A DNA stretch of 39,487 nucleotides, from NCBI GenBank assembly GCA_017444005.1, contig JAFSXQ010000262.1, positions 1 through 39,487 on the forward strand, read 5' to 3'. Source of the DNA: Bacteroidaceae bacterium. GTDB taxonomy: Bacteria > Bacteroidota > Bacteroidia > Bacteroidales > Bacteroidaceae. The stretch's first letter is position 1, and each line of letters begins with the position of its first letter. Position numbers and translations under genes: made by a program. Shown in pieces: positions 23,634 through 33,352 of the stretch. The notes beneath the pieces are model-generated. The model made no database searches. It saw only the letters and a program-made list of their open reading frames with translations, and was not told the DNA's origin.

Positions 23634-25497
23634 CGCTGTTGCTCTCGCTACTGGTGTCGTAGTAGGACTTCTGCTTCAGCAAGGGGTTATTCTTCAGTTC
23701 ATAACGGTTGTAGGGCCAGTACAGGGCCTCGGAGTCAAGGATACGCGCGGCGATTCGCTTCGACGGCACGCTGGACAGGTTGCCCTCGCGACGCACGTAG
23801 CGCAGGATGTCGAACCAGCGCTTGCCCTCGAACATCAGTTCGCGGCGGCGCTCGGCCTTGCACAGGTCGCGCATCAGGCTGCGGGTGTTGTACTTGTTAA
23901 TCTTGAGTTCGTTGGCCGTCACCGTGGAGTTTGTGGTCGTGGTCGGAGCCACGATGCTGCGGCGGTTCACGGCGTAGATGAGACCGAAGGCACGGCTCAG
24001 ATTCTCGTCGTACACCTGATTGCCCTCGTCGTCCTTCACCAGGTTGCCCTCGTCGTCGCGCACCTCATAGTCTTCGTTGGCGGCCAGTTCTATCAGGGCC
24101 TCGGCCTGCATCAGCATGACGTCGGTCAGGCGATAGAAGATCCAGTTGCGGCTGTGGTAGTTGCCCGATACGCTGGAATGGGTCACCGAGAAGCGGATGT
24201 TCGCATTGGTGGTACCCGTCGAGGGCGTAATCGTTGCACCGGAGGCGACGAACTTCGAGACGTCGGCCGAGGAGTAGTCGCCCGGCTTCTCAGGGTTGAA
24301 GTTGGCATAGAAGCGCTCGTCGTAGCCGTGGTCGAAGATGGCGTAGACATTGTTGGGAATGTCGCTGAACAGGGCATCGGCCACGGTCAGGAAGCCGCGC
24401 CCGGCGTTGCCGTCTTTCAAATAGTGGTTGCCATAGAGGGCGCCACAGGCCGAGTTGGAGATGTAGTTGTCGTTGCCGTTCGTGGTGTAGGCCAGTTCGA
24501 AGATGCTCTCGAAACTGTTGCCGTTGCCACCGAAGATGCTGTTGAAGTCGGCACCGTAGTTGTTCGACGACAGGCTGCTGAAGCAGGGTATCAGGGGATA
24601 GCCGTCGCCCGTGTCGTTGGCCCACTTGAAGAGGGAGACGTTGTCGCTCACCGACATCATGGTGCCACCGTCGTACACCGTCACGGAGGTCATGCCCGTG
24701 CGGCCGGCGTAGTTCTCACGGTAGTCCTGCATCTTGGCATCAATGACGCGCTGGGCGTAGTCGACACACTTCTGGTACTGTCCGCTCCACAGGCAGAGGT
24801 CGGCCAGCAGGGCATAGATGGAACTCTGCGTGGCACGGTTGCAGTTGCTGTTGTAGCGCGAGTTGTCGTCCTTCGGATAGGCCTTCAGCGCATTGCCTAC
24901 GACGCTTTCCAGGTCGGCAATCAGGTACTGCACAATCAGGTCGCCGCTGGTGGCCTCGATGGGTTTGGCCTCCTCGTCCACCTGGATGGCGTTGGTGTAG
25001 TAGGGCACGTCCTTGAAGGCACGCACCAGATAGAAGTAGCAGAGGTCGCGCACGAAGGCCATCTCGGCCTGTGTGGCCAGCACGTCGCTGGGGGTGTAGA
25101 CGGGGTCTTTCTCGCTCACCTCGGGGGCGCGCTCGATGACGGTGTTACACTCGTTGATGACGGCATAGAACGACTGCCAGTTCGAGAAGGGGTTGGTGGG
25201 CAGCAGTTGCTCCTGCAGGGTGCGATAGATGTCCTTCTGGTCGCGCTCGCAGTTCAGTCCGTCCAGGATGTTCTCGCTGCGGGCCTCGCCCCACATGATG
25301 CAACGGCGGATGACCTCGTCGGCCTGCAGTTTGGTGTAGACACCTATCACCGTCTGCTCAATGTCGGTCTTCTCGTTCCAGAAATTGTCCTCGGACACGA
25401 AGGTCTTGGGTTCGATTTCCAGGAAATCGCCGCAGGAGGACAGCCCCAGGCAGGCAACACCTGCCAGTAATATGGATTTCAGTTTCAGGTTTTTCAT
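23623..25497 (-). CDS. SusD/RagB-family nutrient-binding outer-membrane lipoprotein
   Basis: 624 aa with lipobox LGLSSCGDFLEIEP (a typical SusD N-terminus). FVRDLCYFYLVRAFKDVPY and MLMQAEALIELA are SusD-like. It lies directly downstream of a SusC gene. Confidence 0.92.
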   Translation of the reverse strand: MKNLKLKSILLAGVACLGLSSCGDFLEIEPKTFVSEDNFWNEKTDIEQTVIGVYTKLQADEVIRRCIMWGEARSENILDGLNCERDQKDIYRTLQEQLLPTNPFSNWQSFYAVINECNTVIERAPEVSEKDPVYTPSDVLATQAEMAFVRDLCYFYLVRAFKDVPYYTNAIQVDEEAKPIEATSGDLIVQYLIADLESVVGNALKAYPKDDNSRYNSNCNRATQSSIYALLADLCLWSGQYQKCVDYAQRVIDAKMQDYRENYAGRTGMTSVTVYDGGTMMSVSDNVSLFKWANDTGDGYPLIPCFSSLSSNNYGADFNSIFGGNGNSFESIFELAYTTNGNDNYISNSACGALYGNHYLKDGNAGRGFLTVADALFSDIPNNVYAIFDHGYDERFYANFNPEKPGDYSSADVSKFVASGATITPSTGTTNANIRFSVTHSSVSGNYHSRNWIFYRLTDVMLMQAEALIELAANEDYEVRDDEGNLVKDDEGNQVYDENLSRAFGLIYAVNRRSIVAPTTTTNSTVTANELKINKYNTRSLMRDLCKAERRRELMFEGKRWFDILRYVRREGNLSSVPSKRIAARILDSEALYWPYNRYELKNNPLLKQKSYYDTSSESNSDAE

Positions 25498-25515
25498 ATC
25501 GTTGTTCTCCTTTCT

Positions 25516-28500
25516 TTAGAACTCGATGTCGAGGTTAAACGTATACGCACGGGCATGACCGGGGGTGTTGGCGTTGTCGGTGGAGACACTCATGCCGCCA
25601 TAACCCACCTCGGGGTCTACGCCGGTGTACTTCGTCAGACAGAAGAGGTTGCGGGCACTGGCCGAGAGTTTCAGGCTGTTGAGGTGCCACTTCTTGATGA
25701 GTTTCGTGTCGAACGAGTAGGTCAACTGCAGATAGTTCAGTCGCAGGAACGAGGCGTCCTCGATGAAGCGGTCGCTCACCAGCGTGTTGTAGTTGGTGGT
25801 TCCGTTCAGGGCGCGGGGGATGTAACTGCCCGTTCCGCCGTCGCCTTCCTTACGCCAACGGTAGTTGACGGCCTCGCTCTGGTTGTTGTTGGAGTTCATC
25901 GACTCCACGTTCAGGCGGGCCAGGTTGAAGACGTCGTAGTCGACACGATAGTTGAACTGGGTGCGCAGGGCCCAGCGGCCGTAGTTCAGCGTGAAGCCGA
26001 AACCGCCGGTCAACTTAGGCAGTGAACTGCCCAGGTACTGGATGTCGCGCTCGTTGATCTGTCCGTCGTGGTTCACATCCTCGTACATGGCGTCGCCACC
26101 GTTGAACTTGTAGGTGTTGGTGGCTGTGGAGGTGACGGCCGTGTTGCAGAAGGCCATCTGCACGGGCTCGCCCTTCTCGTTGAAGACGACCTGTCCGTCC
26201 TCGCTGACAGCGATGGGGAAGGTGATGCCGGCATCGATGAAGCCCTGCAGGGTGGTGATGCCGGGATATTCGCGCTGCAGACGAGCGGGAATCTTGCCAC
26301 GCACGATGTTCTGAGCCGAGGAGAAGTTATACTGGTAGGTACCCAGGCATTTGAAGCCGTAGATGGAGCCGAAGGGGTTGTTCACCTGCACACGCTGCAG
26401 CAGGAAGGCGTTCTCCTGCTTGAACTCGGTGGTGTTGAGGTTCTCCAACGAGATGTCGTCCATCTTGGTGATGGTGTTGTGGTTGTTGGCGAAGTTCACG
26501 TAGAAGTCGAGCGAGAACTTGCCCTTCTTCAGCAGGCGGTTACCGTCGATGTTGAACTCCCAACCCTTGTTCCTCATGTTACCGGTGTTCACAACCGACA
26601 GGGTGCTGTAGCCCGTGCTGTTGGGGATGCCGCCGGCCATCATCATGCCCCGGGTCAGACGCGAGTAGACGTCGAGGCGGAACTTGATGCGGTCGTCGAA
26701 GAAGCCGAGGTTGAAGCCCAGGTTCCACGAGGTCACCTTCTCCGGGCCCATTGCATTCAGTTTCAGTCCGTCGGGGTTCATCGAGGTCTGTCCGATGTAC
26801 GACTTGCCCTGGCTGTACTTGTTCATGTACAAGTAGTCGCTGTTGGGTGGGTTACCCACGCCGCCGTAGCCGGCACTGACGGAGAGCATGCTCATCTTGG
26901 CCTTCTCGCGAGCCCATTCCATGAAGTTTTCGTCGATGACGTTCCAGCGGCCGCCCACCGAGTAACTGGCCAGCCAGCGCTTGCTGGGACCGAAGCGGGT
27001 GGTGCCGTCCATACGGATGGTGCCGTCGAGCGAATACTTGCTCTTGTACGAGTAGTGACCGATGAACATGTAGTTCATGCCGCGCCACTGGCCGTAGCCG
27101 CTGCCCATGCCCGACACCAGACCGCCGGCTGAGGGCGAACTGACGCCTGCAGGCAGGCGGTATGCGTCGGTGCTCTGCGAACTGTTGCTTCCGCTGGTCA
27201 GTTCGAAGTGGGCCATCGTGCGCAGGCTGTGGTCCTTGTTCTGGAAGGTGGGCACGTAGGTCAGGCGGTGACGTGTGGTGAACGACAGGCTCTTGCTGCT
27301 GTACGAGTAGGCTGAGTGCGTGTTCAGGTAGTTCTGCGTGCTCAGTCCCAGTTCGCGCGGATAGTCCTTGTCGTCGTACTGGTTGGAGACGTTGATGTAC
27401 ACCACGCCGTTGTAGGTCAACTGATGGTGGTCGTCGTCCAGTCCGAGCAGTTTGTACTCCAGTTCAATCTTCGGAGCCAGGTTATAGGTGCGCTGGTTGT
27501 ACTTGGCCAGATTGGCGCTTGCCAGCGGGTTGGCCAGTTTGCGCTGGTCGTCCAGTTTCGTGTTGTTGGTGCTGGCGTAGACTTCCTTCTGCAGCATGTA
27601 GTAGTAGTCGTTGCTCCAGACGCCGTTCTCGTATTCGTAGTAGGGCGACAGGTTGGGCATCTTCACCATAGCGATACCCCACAGTCCGTCGTGGTTCATG
27701 TCGCGGTCGGTGTAGGTCAGCGAGAAGTCGCTGTTGATCTTGATGCGGTCGCTGACATAGTAGTCCAGTGCCATACGGGTGGAGAAGCGGTTCATGGCCT
27801 GCTTAATGATGTTGCCCTTCTCGTGGTCGTAGCCGCCGGAGATGCGGAAGGTCGTCTTCTCGTCACCACCGCGCACGCTCAGGGTGTGGCTGTGCAGGAC
27901 ACCGGTCTGGGACACGAGTTTCGTCCAGTCGGTGTTGTTGTCGTACATGTAGGCTTCGGGGAATCCCTCGTAGTCGTAGTTGATTTCGGGGATGTTGGCA
28001 GCGTTGTCGTCCAACTTCGGGTTGAAGTAGGCCTCCTTCAGCATCATGGTGTACTGGTCGCCGTTGAGCAACTTCACAGGGCGGTTCTTGTCGTGGATGG
28101 TCACCTTGCCCGAGTAGGCCACGCGCACGGGGCCGCGGGCACCGCGCTTGGTGGTAATCTCGATGACACCGTTGGCGCCTCGCATACCCCAGATGGCGGT
28201 GGCGGAGGCATCCTTCAGCACCTGGATGCTCTGGATATCGTCGACGTTCACCTTCAGCAGTTCGGCAAACTTTTCATCGGTTGCCGTCTCCACGGAGAAG
28301 TCGCTGAGGTCTACGTCGGAGGCGATGTCGCCGTTGACGACGATCAGGGGTTCGTTGCTCGTCAGCGTACTGACGGAACTGGCACCACGCAGACGCATCT
28401 GCGAACCGGCACCGACGTTACCCGACGAGGCGATGATGTCCAGACCGGCGATGCGGCCCTGCAGGGCTTCGTCGACCGAGGTGATGCCCAGGCCTTCGAA

Positions 28501-28920
28501 TTCCTTGGCATCCAGGCCCTGGGCCGAGTAACTGACCTCGCGCTCGGGAATGGCCATACCGGAGGTCTTGGCCATCTTCTTGCCCACAACTACGGCTTCC
28601 TTCATGACCTTCACATCGGCGCCCATAGTGATTTTGTACACCTGCTTGGTGATGGGCTTGATGGTCTGGGGCTTCATGCCGACGCAGGTGAAGACGAGTT
28701 TGTTCTTCTTCGCATCCTTCAGCGTCATCGTGAAGTTACCGTTTCCGTCCGTAACCGTAGCGCTGACCGTACGGTTCGACGGGTCAATCTCCTTTACCGC
28801 TACGCCGGGCAGTTCGCCGAACTCGTCGCTGACCGTACCACTGACGCGGGTAATCTGTGCACTGACAAGCGAAGATGTCAGACACATTATTATTAATAAG
28901 GTATATTTAAGTGTTTTCAT
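25516..28920 (-). CDS. SusC/RagA-family TonB-dependent outer-membrane transporter
   Basis: 1134 aa. Signal peptide, then a CarbopepD-regulatory-like domain (VSGTVSDEFGELPGVAVKEIDPSNRTVSATVTDGNGNF). Plug motifs: PLIVVNGD and AIWGMRGANGVIEITTKRG. The C-terminus ends in aromatic ...NLDIEF. No STN domain. Confidence 0.95.
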   Translation of the reverse strand: MKTLKYTLLIIMCLTSSLVSAQITRVSGTVSDEFGELPGVAVKEIDPSNRTVSATVTDGNGNFTMTLKDAKKNKLVFTCVGMKPQTIKPITKQVYKITMGADVKVMKEAVVVGKKMAKTSGMAIPEREVSYSAQGLDAKEFEGLGITSVDEALQGRIAGLDIIASSGNVGAGSQMRLRGASSVSTLTSNEPLIVVNGDIASDVDLSDFSVETATDEKFAELLKVNVDDIQSIQVLKDASATAIWGMRGANGVIEITTKRGARGPVRVAYSGKVTIHDKNRPVKLLNGDQYTMMLKEAYFNPKLDDNAANIPEINYDYEGFPEAYMYDNNTDWTKLVSQTGVLHSHTLSVRGGDEKTTFRISGGYDHEKGNIIKQAMNRFSTRMALDYYVSDRIKINSDFSLTYTDRDMNHDGLWGIAMVKMPNLSPYYEYENGVWSNDYYYMLQKEVYASTNNTKLDDQRKLANPLASANLAKYNQRTYNLAPKIELEYKLLGLDDDHHQLTYNGVVYINVSNQYDDKDYPRELGLSTQNYLNTHSAYSYSSKSLSFTTRHRLTYVPTFQNKDHSLRTMAHFELTSGSNSSQSTDAYRLPAGVSSPSAGGLVSGMGSGYGQWRGMNYMFIGHYSYKSKYSLDGTIRMDGTTRFGPSKRWLASYSVGGRWNVIDENFMEWAREKAKMSMLSVSAGYGGVGNPPNSDYLYMNKYSQGKSYIGQTSMNPDGLKLNAMGPEKVTSWNLGFNLGFFDDRIKFRLDVYSRLTRGMMMAGGIPNSTGYSTLSVVNTGNMRNKGWEFNIDGNRLLKKGKFSLDFYVNFANNHNTITKMDDISLENLNTTEFKQENAFLLQRVQVNNPFGSIYGFKCLGTYQYNFSSAQNIVRGKIPARLQREYPGITTLQGFIDAGITFPIAVSEDGQVVFNEKGEPVQMAFCNTAVTSTATNTYKFNGGDAMYEDVNHDGQINERDIQYLGSSLPKLTGGFGFTLNYGRWALRTQFNYRVDYDVFNLARLNVESMNSNNNQSEAVNYRWRKEGDGGTGSYIPRALNGTTNYNTLVSDRFIEDASFLRLNYLQLTYSFDTKLIKKWHLNSLKLSASARNLFCLTKYTGVDPEVGYGGMSVSTDNANTPGHARAYTFNLDIEF

Positions 28921-31799
28921 CTCTTGCGCTTGATTGGGTTAGGAGTTTCGTTGTCCACGGGATACTTGGCCAGGACTGCCTGCACCTTGTCGTACGTCGC
29001 GGGGCTGTAGTAACTGCCGTCGGGATGGTCGGCATCCACACGGAAGGGCTCCAGCGGACGGTCGATCTGATGCAGCACGGCAAACGACGACGAGAAGATT
29101 TGCTTGCTGGCCGTCAGGGTGCGCCCGTCGAAGAAGTACTGACGAGTGAGCACGTTGTAGCACTCGCGGCCGGCATCGTCGGTGACCGAGGTGTTCACGG
29201 TGCGCTGGTTGCCCGAGTTGTCCGTGATGGTGAGGTCGCCACCGCGCTCGTAGTTGACATAGAGTTTCACGAAACGGGTGGTCAGGGTGTCGAGGCAGGC
29301 GCTCTCGAAGACGTCGTTGCTGTGTTCGTCACCGTCCACGTACACCGAGTTGTCCTGGATGTGATAGGTCACGAAGTTGGTGATGACGTCCGACATGGCC
29401 GTGGCCTGGGCCTTCATGAAGTTCAGGTCTTCGGTCAGGCTCAGCGAGTCGGCCTCCGTCGTGGCGGCATCCAGGCGGTCAGAGATCACGCTGATGCAGT
29501 TCTGCACCTGGTCCACATCGTCCCACGTGGGCAGTTTGTGAGCGGCGATGAGGTCGTTCACGCTCTCGTTCGTGGGCACGTAGATGGTATAGTGATAGTT
29601 GTTGAGGTTCTTCAGGCAGTAGTCCATCGTGGCGTGGTTGGTGTAGGCGTCCTTGGCCACGATGCTCTCGGTGCCGGCCAACAGGCGGCCGAACTCGCCG
29701 AACTGGTTCTCGCGCAGGCTGTCGGTCAGGGCTGCGTACGGGCTGACGAAGGTGCTCATCAGGGGTTCCTCGTCGACGATGTAACTGCGTCCGTTACCCT
29801 CGGCGCTCTTGTCGAAGGTCTCGATGACGGGGATGAAGTAGCCGCGCTCGTACTGGAACGAACCGGCAACGCCCGTCAACTGTGTGCCGTTCCACTCGGC
29901 AATGATGGGACCGCCGTTCTTGGCCGAGTAGAAACGCTGGCCGGGGGTGAAGAGCGTGGTGGAGAGCGAACTGTTCATGATGTCCTTGAAGCGGTTGAAG
30001 GCATCGCCCTGCTGGCCGGTGCTGGGGCGCTCCGTAGAGAGGGCACCCACTTCGCCGCGGCCCTTGGCATCCAGTTTGTCCTCGCTCCAGTCGATGCTGT
30101 AGGCCGTGGCCGAGAGCAGATTGTCGACGACACCGAACTTGTACACCACGGAGTTAGACTCGCGGCGGGCGTTCTGGCGCTTGTAACTCACGGGGTCGTA
30201 GTAGATCTGCAGCGCATTGTCGGTGGGGATGATGAAACTGTACTTCGAGCCCATGTTGTTCAGGTAGGCACGGAAACCCTCGGCACCCGTCTGCTTGTTA
30301 TCCCACTCCACGGTGTTGTAGACGATGTGCAGGTCGTCCTCGTCGCGGATGATACAGGGGTAGTAGACGCTGACGTACTCGGGAGCGACGTACACCAGGT
30401 TGGTCTGGTACACGACGCCGTTGCAGGCCCACAGCACGCTGTCGATGTCGGCCTTCGTCACGCCCATCGGTTCGCTGGACGTGTTGTTGATGCTACCGAA
30501 GACGCTGGGGACGGCTGCCTTCAGGCTGGTGAGCATGGTGTTCTCCAGCAGGGGCAGGACGACGGCGTCGGGGGCGTTGTCCCAGGCTGTCTCGCCGGGA
30601 CCGGCCGTGCCGTAGCGCTCCTTCAGGTCGGAGCCGTCGTTGTCCAGGTAGTTCAGCAGGGCCTCATCGGTGGGCACCAGCATGACGGCTGCGTCGCGCT
30701 GGAAGTAACTCTCCGTGGCGTTGGCGCCCTGCAGGAAGTAGTGGTTCCATCCCGGATCGTAGGGCAGCAGGCCGCTGGGGTCCTCGCGTTTGTCGGTCTT
30801 CGAGAAGCCGAAGTTCAGGTGCTTGTTGAAGTAGCGGCGCACGTAGACGCTGTCCTCCAGGTCGCCGCCGTACTGACGGTGATACTCGGTGTTCACCGTG
30901 GGGCTGTAGTGGGGATAGGAGAAGCGGTCGAGCAGGCGCTTGTAGATGCTGAACTGCGGGTTCTGCGCAATCACGTTGGCCATGTTGTCGAGCGGCAGGG
31001 CCACGTCTTCCAGCACGTGTATGTATCCGTTCTGGCACGTGATGTCCTGCAGGATTTCGCTGTCGGTGTTCTCCAGGATGACCTTGCCGTTGACGAAGGC
31101 GCCGACGTTCGACTTGATGTCACCGTTGGTCAGGAACTCCACGTCGTCGCTCGTGATGTTGTTGTTCTGCATGAAACGGGGCATGAAGTGTATCATCGAG
31201 GCCACCGAACTGTCCTGCACCATGTAGATGCCCTCCTTGCCGCGCACACCGGCCCAGTAGTCGATCTGCTCGCCGTTGCTGTTCTTGCGGGCGGGGTTCA
31301 CTACGGGGAAGTCCGAACTGGGCACGTAGGGCACCGAGTCCATGAGGTTGGTTGCCGTGGAGCGGCGCATGCAGGCACCCTCCAGCGGGGTGTCGCCGGG
31401 GATGTTGCTGAGCAGTTCCACCAGATAGGCACTGTTCACCATGTTCGACTTGAAGATGAGTTTCCGCTGTGCCGGGCTCATGTCCTCCAGCCGACGCACG
31501 CCCCACGGATTGTTCTGGTAGAAGCGTTGCCAGGCCGCATCGTCGGCCACGAACAGCGTCTTCGAACCCGTCCTCCTCAGCATGGATGCGTAGTCCTCGT
31601 CCTGAGCATTGATCAGTTTCAATGTCTCCGTGAAATTACCGCGCGATTCCAGTTCCTCATAGATGCTTTCGCCCAGCCACGAGGGCTGGCCGGTGAGCAG
31701 TTCGTCGCTACACGACGTGGCCACACCACCCAATAGGAAAGCAGCACAAGCAGGAACCACCGCGAGGGTAATTTTTCGCTTAAGCATACTGTTTTTCAT
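28917..31799 (-). CDS. large fasciclin (FAS1) domain-containing surface lipoprotein (first gene of the PUL-like operon)
   Basis: 960 aa with lipobox LLGGVATSCSDE. FAS1-like motifs: KTLFVADDAAWQRF and CQNGYIHVLEDVALP. Its stop overlaps the SusC start (ATGA at 28917-28920). Confidence 0.8.
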   Translation of the reverse strand: MKNSMLKRKITLAVVPACAAFLLGGVATSCSDELLTGQPSWLGESIYEELESRGNFTETLKLINAQDEDYASMLRRTGSKTLFVADDAAWQRFYQNNPWGVRRLEDMSPAQRKLIFKSNMVNSAYLVELLSNIPGDTPLEGACMRRSTATNLMDSVPYVPSSDFPVVNPARKNSNGEQIDYWAGVRGKEGIYMVQDSSVASMIHFMPRFMQNNNITSDDVEFLTNGDIKSNVGAFVNGKVILENTDSEILQDITCQNGYIHVLEDVALPLDNMANVIAQNPQFSIYKRLLDRFSYPHYSPTVNTEYHRQYGGDLEDSVYVRRYFNKHLNFGFSKTDKREDPSGLLPYDPGWNHYFLQGANATESYFQRDAAVMLVPTDEALLNYLDNDGSDLKERYGTAGPGETAWDNAPDAVVLPLLENTMLTSLKAAVPSVFGSINNTSSEPMGVTKADIDSVLWACNGVVYQTNLVYVAPEYVSVYYPCIIRDEDDLHIVYNTVEWDNKQTGAEGFRAYLNNMGSKYSFIIPTDNALQIYYDPVSYKRQNARRESNSVVYKFGVVDNLLSATAYSIDWSEDKLDAKGRGEVGALSTERPSTGQQGDAFNRFKDIMNSSLSTTLFTPGQRFYSAKNGGPIIAEWNGTQLTGVAGSFQYERGYFIPVIETFDKSAEGNGRSYIVDEEPLMSTFVSPYAALTDSLRENQFGEFGRLLAGTESIVAKDAYTNHATMDYCLKNLNNYHYTIYVPTNESVNDLIAAHKLPTWDDVDQVQNCISVISDRLDAATTEADSLSLTEDLNFMKAQATAMSDVITNFVTYHIQDNSVYVDGDEHSNDVFESACLDTLTTRFVKLYVNYERGGDLTITDNSGNQRTVNTSVTDDAGRECYNVLTRQYFFDGRTLTASKQIFSSSFAVLHQIDRPLEPFRVDADHPDGSYYSPATYDKVQAVLAKYPVDNETPNPIKRKR

Positions 31800-31867
31800 T
31801 TGGTTATTTTAGTTAGTTATTATGTTGTTTTCACGCCTTTCGGGGCATTTTTGCCCCTAAAATCTTC

Positions 31868-31875
31868 CAAATTTA
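31868..31875 (-). promoter_or_regulatory. candidate -7 promoter box (TAAATTTG) for the PUL-like operon
   Basis: The minus strand reads TAAATTTG (TAnnTTTG consensus). It lies about 69 nt upstream of the ATG at 31799, in an AT-rich stretch. Confidence 0.35.
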
Positions 31876-32127
31876 GCGTTTTTTTACGAACCAGCCAAAT
31901 TATTGTTAATTATTTTTAATTATCGTGTGAAAAAGGGATGAATCAAGGCCCCCCACGACGTCGTCATGCAGCCAGACGGCACGAAGCCGCCAGCCCGGCC
32001 GCAGCAACGAGGAAATATCCTTACAACCAACCGCCCCACCCTGTCTCTTTCAAGCCCAAGAACCGCTGGTATTTGCCGCCGAGTCGCCACCATCCTTATT
32101 ATCAACACATTACAAACCTCGCAACTA

Positions 32128-32232
32128 ACATTACTAATCTTTTGCCAATAAGATTACTAATCTTTCACCGATAAGATTACTAATCTTCCGGCCATAAGAT
32201 TACTAATCTTCCGCCCGCAAGATTAGTAACGG
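32128..32232. repeat. array of 4-5 copies of the 13-bp palindrome AGATTAcTAATCT at a strict 23-bp period
   Basis: ATAAGATTACTAATCTT occurs identically at 32148-32164, 32171-32187 and 32194-32210. A degenerate copy (ACATTACTAATCTT) lies 23 bp to the left. Another (CAAGATTAGTAAC) lies 23 bp to the right. The core AGATTA-N-TAATCT is a perfect inverted repeat. Confidence 0.9.
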
Positions 32233-32235
32233 CAC

Positions 32236-32268
32236 AAAAAAAGCCTCCCGAACCGGCGTTCGGAAGGC
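32236..32268 (-). terminator. rho-independent terminator of panB
   Basis: On the minus strand: GCCTTCCGAAC-GCCG-GTTCGGGAGGC (11-bp stem with one G-U pair) followed by TTTTTTT. It begins 20 nt after the panB stop. Confidence 0.8.
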
Positions 32269-32287
32269 TGCATTTTTCTTTACATAT

Positions 32288-33106
32288 TCAATACTGTTCC
32301 TGTTCGTTCGGAAAGTCGCCCGATTTCACATCCGTCACGTACTGCCCGATGGCGTCGGTCATCACGGAGTGCAGGTCGGCATAGCAGCGCAGGAACTTCG
32401 GCGAGAAACCGTTGTTCATGCCCAGCATGTCGTGCAGCACCAGCACCTGTCCGTCGGCCTGTCCGCCACCGATACCGATGATGGGCACCTCCACCTCGCG
32501 GCACACCCGCTGGGTCAGCGCTGCCGGAATCTTCTCCAGCACGATGGCGAAACAGCCGGCCTCGGCCAGCAGATGGGCGTCGCGCACCAGTTTCTCGGCC
32601 TCAGCCTCTTCCTTGGCACGCACGGCGTAGGTGCCGAACTTGTTGATGCTCTGCGGCGTCAGCCCCAGGTGTCCGCACACGGGAATGCCGGCGGCCAGTA
32701 TCGTCTTCACCGTATCGATGATTTCCTCGCCGCCCTCCAGTTTCAGGGCATCGCAGTGGGCCTCCTTCATGATGCGGATGGCGTTGGTGATGCCCTCCGA
32801 GGCATTCACCTGGTACGACCCGAACGGCATGTCGCACACCACCAGGGCGCGCTGCACGCCACGCACCACACTCTTGGCGTGGTAAATCATCTGGTCCACG
32901 GTGATGGGCAGCGTCGTCACGTTGCCCGCCATCACGTTCGAGGCCGAGTCGCCCACCAGTATCACGTCCACCCCTGCCCCATCCACAATGCGGGCCATCG
33001 TGTAGTCGTAAGCCGTCAGCATGGCTATCTTCTTGCCCTGCTGCTTCATTTCCATCAGTCGGTGCGTGGTCACCTTCCGCGTGTCTTCTACTAAGTATCC
33101 TGCCAT
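32288..33106 (-). CDS. panB: 3-methyl-2-oxobutanoate hydroxymethyltransferase (ketopantoate hydroxymethyltransferase)
   Basis: 272 aa, collinear with the PanB family. Matching segments: [86 protein letters not shown]. Confidence 0.95.
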   Translation of the reverse strand: MAGYLVEDTRKVTTHRLMEMKQQGKKIAMLTAYDYTMARIVDGAGVDVILVGDSASNVMAGNVTTLPITVDQMIYHAKSVVRGVQRALVVCDMPFGSYQVNASEGITNAIRIMKEAHCDALKLEGGEEIIDTVKTILAAGIPVCGHLGLTPQSINKFGTYAVRAKEEAEAEKLVRDAHLLAEAGCFAIVLEKIPAALTQRVCREVEVPIIGIGGGQADGQVLVLHDMLGMNNGFSPKFLRCYADLHSVMTDAIGQYVTDVKSGDFPNEQEQY

Positions 33107-33139
33107 ATCTTTTTTCTGACTAATTTACAAATTCGGCTG

Positions 33140-33147
33140 CAAAGTTA
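33140..33147 (-). promoter_or_regulatory. candidate -7 promoter box (TAACTTTG) for panB
   Basis: The minus strand reads TAACTTTG, 34 nt upstream of the panB ATG at 33106. Confidence 0.4.
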
Positions 33148-33352
33148 CGCATTATATTTGACATACGGAAACTTATCGGCGGAAATCGGCATGCTGCCCC
33201 ATCCTCCGGCCCTACCAAAGGGAGATAGCGGACAGAAAGCAGGACACAATCATCGTAATGTCGCTGTCCGACTTTGCCGTGCGCTCCAGTCCACCCTCCA
33301 CGAACGGCTCTGGGTTCTCCCTGTACTGCTCTTGGAACATTGGGTGAAATAA

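Noticed and set aside
13908-31736. Series of very long plus-strand ORFs: 13908-16361, 16351-17808, 17848-19602, 19981-21450, 21447-23900, 23617-25470, 26068-27132, 27316-28896 and 28911-31736.
   Set aside because: All lie antisense to the SusC, SusD and FAS1 genes, which carry strong family signatures, signal peptides and operon-like spacing. The plus-strand translations are low-complexity (V/G/A/D/H/R-rich) and have no recognisable domains. They are a GC3-driven lack of stop codons, not genes.
31920-32174. Three 61-78-aa ORFs in the long PUL/panB intergenic region, and the GC-rich 31930-32100 stretch considered as a small gene or RNA.
   Set aside because: The translations are Pro/Arg-rich with no start context or motifs. 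There are no tRNA-like or other recognisable RNA features. I cannot support any call beyond non-coding DNA.
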